NCBI GenBank assembly: GCA_043228905.1
Contig: JBHGNT010000015.1
Span: 1,798,001 to 1,862,000 of the forward strand
DNA: 64,000 bases
Source of the DNA: Azolla caroliniana
Taxonomy: Eukaryota > Plantae > Polypodiophyta
Direction of reading: 5' to 3'
Position numbers and translations under genes: made by a program. The notes beneath the pieces are model-generated. The model was not told the DNA's origin. It was given only the letters and a program-made list of their open reading frames with translations, and made no database searches. This document shows positions 50,613-62,446 of the stretch, piece after piece. The first letter of the stretch is position 1; each line of letters opens with the position of its first letter.

Positions 50613-53586
50613 GGTTACCTATCATAACCATATAGGAGTGTCATAGTTTTTACTATAATGACAAACATCATGATAGGAATAGCATATATTCATTTATATC
50701 TCTTACATTTATAATATCACTTAGGCATTCAAATAGTTAAAAGCAATAAACGAAAACATGAGGTCCAGTAAGAGGAAGATATGAAAAAGAAACATTTAAA
50801 TTCATTGTTATGTCTTCAATATATGAATAAATTCTACAAGAGAGTGAGGGAGAAGACAACGTGAAGATAAAGAATCACACAAAATAGATAAATTGGATGA
50901 ATACCATAGCTTATAAAATATTGAAAACAAAATCTAAAGAGAAAAGAGAACAATAATGAGCTTGAAAGAAAATAAGCATAGATTGATCTTATACCACTCA
51001 AACAAGAGTGAAGGAATGTTTAAGCCTCCTTGTACAGTCTCTTTGTAACAATCCTTCCTAACTAATGGGAAAGTAGCTTCATTTTGGAAAAAAGAGAGAG
51101 TGAAGGAATGTTTAAAAAGTCTTTTCAACACTATATGCACATGTGTATATGAATGTCTAGCTAGTGAATTAAATACCCAATATCAAAACTCTATTGGTTG
51201 TTATAAACTGGTAGCTGTCGATGCTAAAACAAAGCCCCTAGGAATTACCAATATTGTAGATGTCACGAATCAAACAAATGTTCTCGACATAATGTTGTGC
51301 CTTCCAACAAGTTGAAGGCGTATCAAGTTGTACGTTCAATACACATAGTTTCTAACCATCTTAGAGTTGTTATGGATGGTATAGTATCACATTAAATTGT
51401 GGTAGCTAGGACAACTATTGTTGACATGCATATTATAGTACTAGTATGCCTTCCATCTAGAAGGCATACCAACCTTAAGTTAGGATGACGAGTTCCAAAC
51501 AACCTCAATGTATGTTTGACATGAATGCTCTACTATCACACAAAATTGTAGTGTTTAGAACACCTTAAACTAGTATAGGGAGATGCTATAGATGCAAAAA
51601 GAGGGGCAATAAGATTGACAAGATGGTAATGATCATGAGGAAAACTAAGGTGACCTAAATAAGAGGAATAAGTCAAACAAGTATGGAGAGTCAGAGAGGT
51701 CTTCATAATTACCAAAAACAAGATCAAGAAAACAATGAACACTAGATCCAAAGAGGCATAACTCCTATTTATAACAAAGGATTGTTCGGTTATAAAGGAA
51801 ATAACACATATTGGTAATGTGGCTTGTATGCTTATAGTTTATTAAGGTTTATAGCATGAAACTGTCATGCACACTCATCATTCTTGTGCCTCTTCTTGAA
51901 AACAATAAATTTGAGTATCCATGTTTCCATACATTTCGTCATCTCTTATGGCTAGAGGTGTGTGACAACATTGACAAGCTTCTAAATAAAACCGGATCAA
52001 TCAAAGATGAATTATAGTGTAATCTAATTAGTAAACATTTTTCCTTTCTTAAAGTAGGTAAATGGAAGAACAAAATTCATTTTACATCAACTTTCATAGG
52101 ATTCTTAATCAAAGACATGAGCAAACAACAAATGCGCTGACTTTAAAGAACAAGTGACTTTTTTACCAATAAACTCCAATTTAATAACGTGAGAACAATA
52201 ATAATAAATGTTTCTATTGTAGTTGGAAATCATAAGAGGATAGACATAACACAAAAGTCCATCAATTGGAACCCCCCCCAAATTTCCTTCACACAATGAA
52301 CAAGATTTTGCTTTATTTGTTGAAACACATTTTTGCATCAATCTATTTAAATATTCCACCAAACCATCGATGATATCGTAGCCCATATTGTGGCATCTAC
52401 ATTCAACCAATTTGAGCATGAATATGGTATGTTCTTAACTCGCCTTCCCCTAGTTTGAAGGGTAAATAATATCTTTTCCCTTTCATAATTATGCTTATCC
52501 ACATCTACATCCATCCAAAAGACATTTCCCCATGTAATCACATTAGGTCCATATGCAACATCAAAGAGACGCAACATACGTTTCCAAATTGAACATGTAG
52601 CCATACAGTTCCAAAAAGAGTAAGTTTTGATGAATCCCTCTTCCCTATGCATCCATTCAAAGACCGGAAGTGCATAGTGGACTTTGAATGGAAGTGCATA
52701 GTGGACATATACCTATCTTAATGTAATGATTTTGCGAGGAATTTGCAGAGCCCACGACCATTTCCAAAACATCAATACCGAATGCATAGGAATACTAGTA
52801 CTTAAACATACCTTAGTTGCAACCGACATAACTGGATTCTTCCTTCGTTGGAATTACCTACCTAATTTTACAGAGTAGTCAAAGAAAGAAACCATCTTAT
52901 CGTTAGCGTCTCTCCACCACCATTCGGATGGATCCCACTCTAACTCCAATAAGGGTTTACTACCACAAACATAAATATCTTACAGAGGGTTTACATTTTT
53001 AGGATGGAGATCAATAATACATACCTTCCCTATTTTTGCAACCACCCTAATAGGCTTCCACTCTACTAAATTGAGAAGGTCATCCTCCATAGAGACCCAT
53101 TGCAATTTTCCCTCCAAAACTATTACATATGCTAAGAAGGATTCATTAGATGTATAAGCTCTTGCTCCAATTGACAAGACATTAAAAGAAGAGAATGCCT
53201 CGTGCCATACATGGTTTAAATTAAAAAAAGAAGGAAAAACCCTATTACAAGCATTACTGATCTCTTGGAACATTAACGTACCACCTCTTATTGATTTCAA
53301 AACGTGTTCCTTAACATCCTTGGTGTCATGGACACACCAACCACGGACTATGATAGAGCATAGATGACGAGGCTATGATTGATAAGGCTAAGAATGTGGA
53401 ATAGGAAATGACAAGGCTAGGAACTCTAAAAGTTGTGCAAGATGAGACTATAAACTTAGGAAGCTATGGAGAGTGTTAAGACAAATATGAAGATCAAGGA
53501 GACAAGATGAGGTGAAACGAGAATACTATATTGATGTGTCAATGACTAGTGTTAAATCCCTTGAAAGGGACCAAGGAGGTGACAAG

Positions 53587-53700
53587 TATTTATACTGTGA
53601 GTTGAAGTACATTAGAATATTCTTGAGAATATTTTGAAGAATATTCTAGAACCCTCTAGAACCTTCTAGTTCTAGAACTTTCTAAAAACTCCTAGAACGT
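53587..53700 (-). promoter_or_regulatory. Heat-shock-element array plus TATA box inside the LTR
   Basis: Perfect three-unit HSEs aGAAtaTTCtaGAAc (53638-53652) and gTTCtaGAActTTCt (53669-53683), further nGAAn units, and TATAAAT on the minus strand at 53593-53587. Confidence 0.7.
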
Positions 53701-53894
53701 GAATAGATAATCTATGAAGATATACATAACACGATTATGCACTTGGATGTGTTGGTTACAATATAACACTTGACTATAATACAAGAGGTCAAGAGTTGAA
53801 ATCTTGACATAATTGTTGTCAAGTCTGTGACATTATCCTCCCCTTTACGATCGCCTTTTCGAAAGCACGGTGTACGGGTGAACGGGAAGTGGTG

Positions 53895-54240
53895 GGTGTG
53901 AGAAATCATGTGTTGTCCTCACTGGAAACACGAACACCAACGAACGCGAGTGACCATGTGCGGTCCTCACCGGGAACTGGAACTAGAACACGAATGGGCA
54001 TGAGAGACCATGTCCAATCCTCACCAGGAACTAGAATTGGAACACAAACATGCGTGATTGATCATGTGCAGTCCTCACCGGAGACACAAACACCAAAGGA
54101 CGTGAGCCACCATGTGCGGTCCTCACCGGGAGCTGGGACACCAACGGGCATGAGCGACCATGTGTGGTCCTTGCCGGAGACACGAACACTAACGGACGTG
54201 AGCGACCCTGCACGGTCCTCACCGGGAACTAGAACACTTG
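53895..54240. repeat. Minisatellite, 7 units of 48/54 bp, inside the LTR element
   Basis: Core ACCATGTGCGGTCCTCACCGG anchored at 53907, 53955, 54009, 54063, 54111, 54159, 54207. Confidence 0.9.
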
Positions 54241-56736
54241 ATGATGATGAAGGCTAGGCAAAGTAGTGTTGATGACGACAACAAGAGGGCTGAAGATGAT
54301 GATGTCGAAGACGAAGCAATGAAGTGAATGATGTTGATGAAGCGTCTTTGGAGGCAACGACTTTGACTACGACAATGATGGAAATAGAGAAGGAGATGAA
54401 GAGGATAAGAAACACACATATCGAGATTTTGAGGATCTGTGTAAACACAAAAACATAGATACAGAGGATGATAGAAAACATAGAGACAGGATGAAGGTGA
54501 TAGGAAATGTAGAGAAATGGACGAAGATAATAAGAAACACATAAATAGAGATGAAAACGGTAGGAAACACAAGGAGAAGGATGACAATGACAAAAAATGC
54601 AAAGATAGGGATGTGGAAGATTATAAGAAGTGCAAAGATAGGGATGATGATGATAAGAAACATAGAGATAGATATGTGGACGATGAGAAAAAACTAAAAT
54701 ACAAGACAACAATCAGACGAAACTACGAGATAGAGATGTGGAGGATGAGAAGAATTTGAAAGATAGAGATGATGACGAGAAGAAACTAAGAGATAGAGAT
54801 GTGGAGGATGAGAAGAATCTAAAAGACACATACGATGATAGAGATGGAAAAGGAATGTCATAGACATGACAACAATTATATCATGATTTGAACTCTTGAC
54901 CTCTTGTATTATAATCAATATATTGTAACCAACACATCCAAGTACATAGTCGTGTTATGTATATCTTCATAGATTATCTATTCATGTTCTAGGAGTTTTT
55001 AGAAACTTCTAGAACTAGACGGTTCTAGAATATTCTATATTCTAATGTACTTCAAATCACAACAGTATAAATACTTGTAAGTTGTAACCTCCTTGGTCCC
55101 TTTCAAGGGATTCAACACCAGTCATTGACACATCAATATAGTATTCTCGTTTCACCTCACATTGTCTCCTTGATCTTCATCTTTGTCTTCACCCCTACAC
55201 CATGCTTTCGAAAAGGCGACCGTAAAGGAGAGGATAATTAACTTAGTATATTAGTTATTTCATGTTCTAGGAGTTTTTAGAAGCTTCCAGAAACCTCCAT
55301 AAGCTTCTACATGAAAATGCCTCTATGCATGGAACTACATGTAGAAACCACAAACATGTATAAATACTTGTAATCTCCTTGCTCCCTTTAAAGGGATTCA
55401 ACGCCATTCACTAACATATCAATCTAGTTTTCCTTGTTTCATGCCATATTTTCCCCTTGATCTTCATATTTGTCTTCATGCTCTCTAATTACTCACAGCT
55501 TCTAGAGTTCCTAGCATCATCACTTCCAGTTCCATGTTTTTAGCCTTATCAATCATAGCCTTGTGTCCTCTGTGCTTCGTCGTAGTCCATGGTTGGTGTG
55601 TCCGTGACAATTTGAATCCCTTCAAACTGGAAGCATCACCCGTCTTCATCATCGCCCTTGCTTCTAGAGTTACCATCGTCATCGTTCTTGCTTCCAGAGT
55701 TACCGTCATCAATATTCCTTCATTTTGTATCTTCCTCACCATGTCTATCTCTATACGTTCTAGGAGTTTTTAGAAAGTTCTAGAACGTGAATAGATAATT
55801 TATGAAGATATACATAACATGACTATGTACTTAGATGTGTTGGTTACAATATAACACTTGACTATAATACAAGAGGTCAAGAGTTCAAATCTTGACATAA
55901 CTGTTGTCATGTCTAAGTTGACACTTGGAGGATTGATTAAAGTTCAACCAAATACCAACATTAGTTGCAAATGCATCATCAACCGCTAGGACCCAATTTA
56001 ATCTTGGTCCTTCTTCCCAACATATTACCATAATCATCCTTGACTAGACAAGTAACTTGAGTGATGAATAAAGTTAGATTTTCCAAACAACACACATAAC
56101 ACTACATAGAATCCCCTTGTGTTGATGGGCCTTCGTATCAAATTTGTGATAGGTTTTTGACTCACATATGATAGGCCTCCATTTCCTTTTCGATATCTTG
56201 AGCCTTGCCATGTCCACAACATCCCAAAGCTATATCCTTGACACTGAACACCCATAATGTTGGACACGCACATTGGCATCCTCATCGATAAAGTAGGGAT
56301 ACAAACATAAAGACATGATCAAGAGGGGTGTTTCGTGTCTTACCTAACATGCCAAGTATGGTCGTCGATCAATAGTGAGATGCATAATCGGCATCGAAAT
56401 TTGTGTCTGCATGAGATGTTCAAATGGCAAGTGCGATGAAATTTCCCCGGATAGAACATCGAGACAAATAATCCTCCTCGTCTATTGCAGGTTGCTCAGA
56501 GTTGAGAAGATATGGACAGTCTATGTCGATGCAACCCCATGATCATTTCTTATGGTTGGCCCCATGATCATTTCTTATGGTTGGCGAGAGAGTGGCCGCG
56601 AGTCAATCAACTTTGGTGGTGACATACATGTATGGAGGAAGGAGGCATAGGTCATCAGGATCACTAAATTTAGTTGTCAGGAAGGGGTCATTTCATTTCA
56701 TCTTTTCTGCTTAGGAGCTCGAAGAAGTAAAAGAAG

Positions 56737-56738
<2 letters not shown>

Positions 56739-56787
<49 letters not shown>

Positions 56788-56886
56788 GGTGGGCGAATGT
56801 GGGGACACCACCACTATCCGAGCAATGAATGAATGGAATGAAGAAGATAAGGAGGGAAGAGAAAACGGTTTTTCAGACTGAGACAG

Positions 56887-56922
<36 letters not shown>
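56739..56922. repeat. Two (GA)n tracts upstream of the PPR gene
   Basis: Read directly. Confidence 0.9.
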
Positions 56923-56923
<1 letters not shown>

Positions 56924-57043
56924 AATGGCTTGACTATCCTAGCCGAGAGTTAGTGCTCTCGGGCAGGGGAGTTGACACACACACACACTCACTCACTCAC
57001 ATTGCACACAGAAAAGATATTCCATGGATGATTATAGCCAGAA

Positions 57044-57154
57044 ATGATGGTGACTCTGTGTCAATGGGCACATGGTTTCCAATTCTTGAATTGTGACATC
57101 GTCTTTGTCGCCGGAGCAAATCCCTGTTCAGCCCATCTACACATCAATCATCAT

Positions 57155-57186
<32 letters not shown>

Positions 57187-60100
57187 TCATCTACCTCCTC
57201 ATCCATTTCCTCGTCGTCGTCATCGTACCCCATCAGTCCATCTGAGAGGAGGATCCAGCTCCCCAAATGAGCAACAAACCCTCGAACCACCTCCAACCCT
57301 TGAGCATGCTCTTACCATCCTTGTAGATGATCCCACACACGTGTTCTCAATTGATAACTATATCCTCTTGCTTGGAGAATGCAGAAAAAGGAAGAGTTTC
57401 AAGCATTCCCACACTCTCTACTTGCATATATGTGGCAATGGTCTAGAAGCAGATCATAAGCTCGGAAACCATCTTGTCCCCACTTTTGTTGAATGTGGAA
57501 ATGTTTGTGAAGCCCATCAAATTTTCAATAAGTTGCTCTATCACAATGAACATTCATGGACAGCTCTCTTGCAAGGATATACTGAGAAGGAAGAATTTGA
57601 GAACACTCTCTCTATATGGGGGGGAATGCAGTTATCAGGTGTACATCCTAGTCGGCATACATTCGTGCCCTTATTGAAAGTATGCTCGATGATGAATTAC
57701 ATTGATCAAGGTAGGAAGCTGCATCATGAGATCATTCAAGAGGGATTTGAGAGTGATTTATATCTAGCGGATACTTTGGTTGATATGTATGGAAAATTTG
57801 GTTTTCTAATGGATGCACAACGGGTCTTTGATAAGATAATAATTCGGGGTGTGGTCACATGGACTGCTCTCATTGGTGGATATACGGAATCTGGATTCGG
57901 AGAAATTGCATTGTTTTGTTTAGCTCAGATGCAACTTGAGGGTATCTCTCCCAACAATATCACATATATGTTTGCCTTGAAATCTTGTATCAGTATTGGA
58001 GATATGAGCAAAGGCCAAGAGATACATAGTTTGGTTATCGAGGAGGGTTTTGAAAGTGATCCGTTTATCTCAAGTGCCTTGATAGATATGTATGCTACAT
58101 TTGGTTCGATAATCCAAGCACAGGATGTGTTTCATGAAGTGCAAGTTTGTGATTTAGTTGTTTGGAGTACAATTATGGCAGGGTATGTAGAACATGGGTT
58201 ATATGAGGAAGCACTGGCATGTTTTAAGGAAATGCATTCAAAGAGCATGGTTGGCAATTCTTTCACATTTGTTTGCAGCCTCAAAGCTTGTGGTAATCTA
58301 GGAGCCGTCTCATTTGTTGAAGAAATGTATCATGAGATCATCAAACGGGGATATGAAAAAGACCCATTCGTTTGCAGCACTTTGATTGCAGCATATGCTA
58401 ATTGTAGGTCATTTGAAGAAGCACACTGCGTGTTTGATAGGCTTACTGTGAAAGATTCTGTTTCATGGGCAGCTCTTGTCTCATTATACATTGCATATGA
58501 ATGCTATGAGCAAGCAGTGGGTTGTTTAGAAGAGATTCGAGAAGATGGTCTTTTTCCAAATGCAGTTGCATACAACTGTATCTTGAAATATTGTGGGATT
58601 GGATGTGCCATAGATACTGGTTCTCAAGTGCATTCTGACATATTGAAAGAAGGCATGGAAAGAGATCCACTAGTTTCTATTGCTCTTATAGAGATGTATA
58701 GTAAATTTGGGAATTTTATTGAAGCTAGAAAATTGTTCAATAGTTTTCCTGGTCAAACTGTAGCTTCCTGGGGTGCACTTATTTCAGGATATTCTGAGCA
58801 TGGGCTCAATGAAGAAATATTGTTATGTCTAAAAGAAATGTTGACAGAAAATGTGCCACCCGATGCCCTTATATTTTCGTTGAGCTTGAAAGCATGCGCG
58901 AGTCTATGTGACATAGATAAAGGCCGAGAGATACATAATTACATAGTCTGGGATGGAATGGAAATTGATCCTTATCTTGGAACTGCTTTGATTGAAATGT
59001 ATGGTAATTTCCAGTTAATCACAGAGGTGCAAGAACTCTTTGAAATGCTTCAAGACCCAGATGTTGTTGCTTGGACTGCTCTGATTGCAGTGTATGCAGA
59101 AATTGGTCACCTGAAGGAAGCTTTAGGTTATCTTGAACAGATGCAAGTAGAAGGTGTCTCCCCTGATGACCTCACCTTCATATGCATTATGAAATGTTCT
59201 AGTAATTTGAAAAAGGTGAATGAAGGTCGATATATTCATGCATGTCTTGTCAAAAAGGGGCTGGAAAGTTATTCTCTTGTTGGACGTAGCCTCATTGATC
59301 TATATGGAAAAAGTGGTTGCCTTTTAGAAGCGCAGCAGGTGTTTGACAAATTGATAGTTAAAGATATTGGCGCATGGAGTGCATTGCTTTGTTGTTATGT
59401 TGATTGTGGGTTTCATAAGGAAGTACTCCACAGTTATAGACTCATGGAGCAGGATGGTATTTCTCCACAACATATTGAATTCAGTCAAATGTTGAAAGCT
59501 TGCAGTACTTTGGAATCTATAGAGCAAGGTCAGGAGATACATTCCAGGATTCTCATGTGTGGACTAGAGACTAATGATCTTCTTGTAGAGAATTTGTTGC
59601 TCATGTATGCTGCATTCAGTATGGTTGTAGATGCAGAAGGTGTGTTTGATAAGCTTCTTTGTAGGAACCTACGAACATGGCATGCACTAATCCATGTTTA
59701 TGTGAAGTGTGGAAATAGTGAGAAGGCTTATAAATGTCTGAAAGAAATGCAACGTCAAAGCATATATCCAAATCATGTGACCTATACCCATGTGTTAAGA
59801 TCCTGCAATCGGGCAAATAGGATGGAATGCGATGTGCATATGGATATTACAAAATTGGGGTTGGAAAGGGACATCTACATCGGTGAAGCACTGTTGGAAA
59901 TGTACAGCAAATCTGCGTCACTTGAGGAAGCACAAGATACTTTTGATAACCTCCCTCTTCATGATACAATGTTGTGGAATGTCCTCATCGAGGGATATGC
60001 TTACCAAGAGATGGGTGCGGAGGCTATTCAAATTTCTGAGCAGATGCAGGTGGAAGGTGTCTTGCCTGATTCTGGTACATTTGCCACTTGCTTGAAGGCT

Positions 60101-62446
60101 TATAAAACTATCAGAGGATCCTTACCTAAGATTCGGGATATTCACAATGAGGTTGTTATCTTTGGATTTCAGTCCAACCTTTTCATGGCCCGTAATCTGA
60201 TGGAGGTATATCTCAAACATGGCTTGTTTGAAGATGCACAGAGAATCTTTGATGGGTTAGGACAATGGCATATTCAAACTTGTTCTACACTTATTATGGG
60301 GTATGCAGCGCATGGACGCTGGAAGGAAATCCTAGACCATTTGGATCAAATGTGTATGCAAGGAATTTCTCCTGATGCTGCAATTCTCGTCTATGGTTCG
60401 AAAGCTTCTGGACGCTTGAAAGCCATTCATAGGGGCAGAGAGTTGCATGCTGAGATTGTAAAAACTGGGGTTGATGTAGATCCTTACATTCATACTAGCC
60501 TTATTAGTATGTATTCAAGATGTGATTGTTTGGCAGAAGCATCTGAGTTATTCAGTAAGGAGCTAATTCCTAGCATAATCTCATGGACTGCACTTATTTC
60601 GGGGTTTGTAGACTGTGGATTTGGTGAAGAGGCATTGGGTTTCTTGGATTGTATGCATTCGGATGGTTTACCACCAGAAGATATTACTTTAATACGAAGC
60701 TTAGAAGCTTGCACTATGATAAGAGACATTGATAAAGGCCATCAAATTCACATTCAAATTTTACAATTCGGACTTGAAGGGATTCCCACTGTTGGAGGTG
60801 CCTTATTGGATATGTATGGTAATTGCGGTCCTCTTGTAGAAGCTGAGAATATTTTTGATCGATTGCCTATGCAAGACGTAATAACTTGGACAGAATTGAT
60901 GTTTGCATATGTAATGAATGGATTTGCAGATAAAGCATTACAATGTTTTGATCGAATGCAAATTGATGGCATATCTCCAGATGCTATTACTTTTATCTGT
61001 ATTTTGAAGGCTTGTGTCTCTGTAGGACGCCATACAATCAGATATGCCCTTGAGAAGTGCAGAGTGTTTCATATAGAGATACTAAAATTTGGGTTTGATG
61101 TGGACACTTCCATTGAGAGTGGTCTAATTGAAGTCTATTCTAAATGTGGCGCTTTTCCTGAGGCAAACAAAGTATTTGATAAGATGCCAATCTCAAACAT
61201 AGTCTCATGGACGTTTCTTATTTCAGGGTATGTGGAGTCAGGATTTACCAAAGAGGCTTTAGGTTGTTTGGATCTGATGCGTTTAGATAATGTGTTACCT
61301 GATGAATTTAATTTCAGTTCCACCTTAGAAGCTTGTATTATGATAGGTGACATAGATAACGGTCGTAAAGTCCACATCGAAATATTGAAATTCGGATTAG
61401 ACAGGAGTCTGATCATTAGAGGCTCCATATTGAACATGTATGCAAATTGTGGTTCTCTTGTTGAAGCTGAAAATGTATTCATTCAGATGCCCGAGCAAGA
61501 TACTGTTACATGGACAGAATTGATGTTTGCATATGTAAGGCACATGCATGGAGACGAAGCATTGCGTTGCTTTGATCAGATGCAAATGGATGGCATATCT
61601 CCAGATACCATCACCTTTAACTGCAGTTTGAAGGCTTGTGTATGCATACAAATGGTGGACGATGCCCAACAAGTAGAGAACCGTCATCATGATGCTGCAT
61701 TTCTCAACTACACAGTGCAAGATCAACATTCAAGCAATTATGATGCAATTGAGAAAGGGCAAGAATTGCACATAGAGATTGTAAAACTAGGGTTTGACAT
61801 GGATATTTACATCAAGAATGGTCTACTCGACATGTATTCAAAGTGCGGTGCCTTTGCCGATGCACGGAAAGTGTTCAATAAGATGCCGATCCCGAATATT
61901 GTCTCTTGGACAATTCTTATTTCAGGGTATACATATGCTGGTTTTATTGAAGAGGCTTTAAGTTGCATGGATGAGATGAAATTGGCAAGTGTGGTATCAG
62001 ATGAGGTTAATTTTATTTGCACAATAGACGCTTGCATTGGGATAGGAGCACTCAACAAGGGTCGGGAAATCCATGTTGAGTTGGTAAAGTTTGGGTTGGA
62101 AGGGAGCCCTATGATTGGGGCCACATTATTGCACATGTATGGGAAACATGGTTCTCTCGTGGAAGCTGAGAATGTATTTAACAAATTGGCCATAAAGGAT
62201 GTAGTTACGTGGACAACATTGATGTTTGCATATGTAAAGAATGAGCTTGGTGATGATGCATTGTGGTGCTTTGAGCAAATGCAAATGGGGGGCATATGTC
62301 CAAATGCCATTGCCTTCTTCGTTGGCTTGAAAGCTTGCGTTAGCACAGGATCCATGGATAAGGCTCAGGAAATACATACTCTAGCTGTCAAGCAAGGAAT
62401 GGATATGGATCTGGTTTTTGGCGATTACATAATGAATGTACATTAA
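57044..62446 (+). CDS. Very long PLS-class PPR protein (1800 aa, roughly 50 motifs) with no E/DYW domain
   Basis: Uninterrupted 5.4-kb ORF of P-L-S triplets (VTWTALIGGY / TF..LKAC..G.EIH / LIDMY.KCG..EA..VF); N-terminal His/Gln tract; ends mid-array at YIMNVH*. Exact start codon uncertain. Confidence 0.93.

Larger units (their letters stand above)
53324..55923 (-). mobile_element. Non-autonomous LTR element with internally inverted LTR copies
   Basis: Termini TGTCA...TGACA, TSD CTTGG (53319-53323, 55924-55928); full LTR 53324-53832 with adjacent PPT (minus GGGGAGGATAA); inverted LTR copies 54856-55190 and ~55258-55609; direct LTR end ~55778-55923; no gag or pol. Confidence 0.85.
52030..56330 (-). 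mobile_element. Old L1-like LINE ORF2 3' fragment, interrupted by an LTR element at 53324-55923
   Basis: WKPIRVVAKIGK, LEWDPSEWWW and FWNCMATCSIWK resemble the C-terminal ORF2 of the LINE at 11.6-15.7 kb. The frame rejoins (NQSSKDVKEHVLKSIRGG) when the insert and one TSD copy are removed. Ends approximate. Confidence 0.75.

Noticed and set aside
53895-54240. Regularly spaced repeats resembling a CRISPR array
   Set aside because: The inter-core segments are themselves similar, the context is eukaryotic and no cas genes are present; it is a minisatellite.
54219-54918. Several overlapping hydrophobic or charged ORFs
   Set aside because: By-products of GA-rich low-complexity sequence.
53324-55923. 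DIRS-type element (inverted repeats with internal complementary region)
   Set aside because: TG...CA ends, a PPT and a 5-bp TSD indicate integrase-mediated LTR insertion; no tyrosine recombinase is encoded.
61807-62355. Antisense ORFs within the PPR, GATA and HLS1 coding regions
   Set aside because: Shadow frames of real coding sequence.
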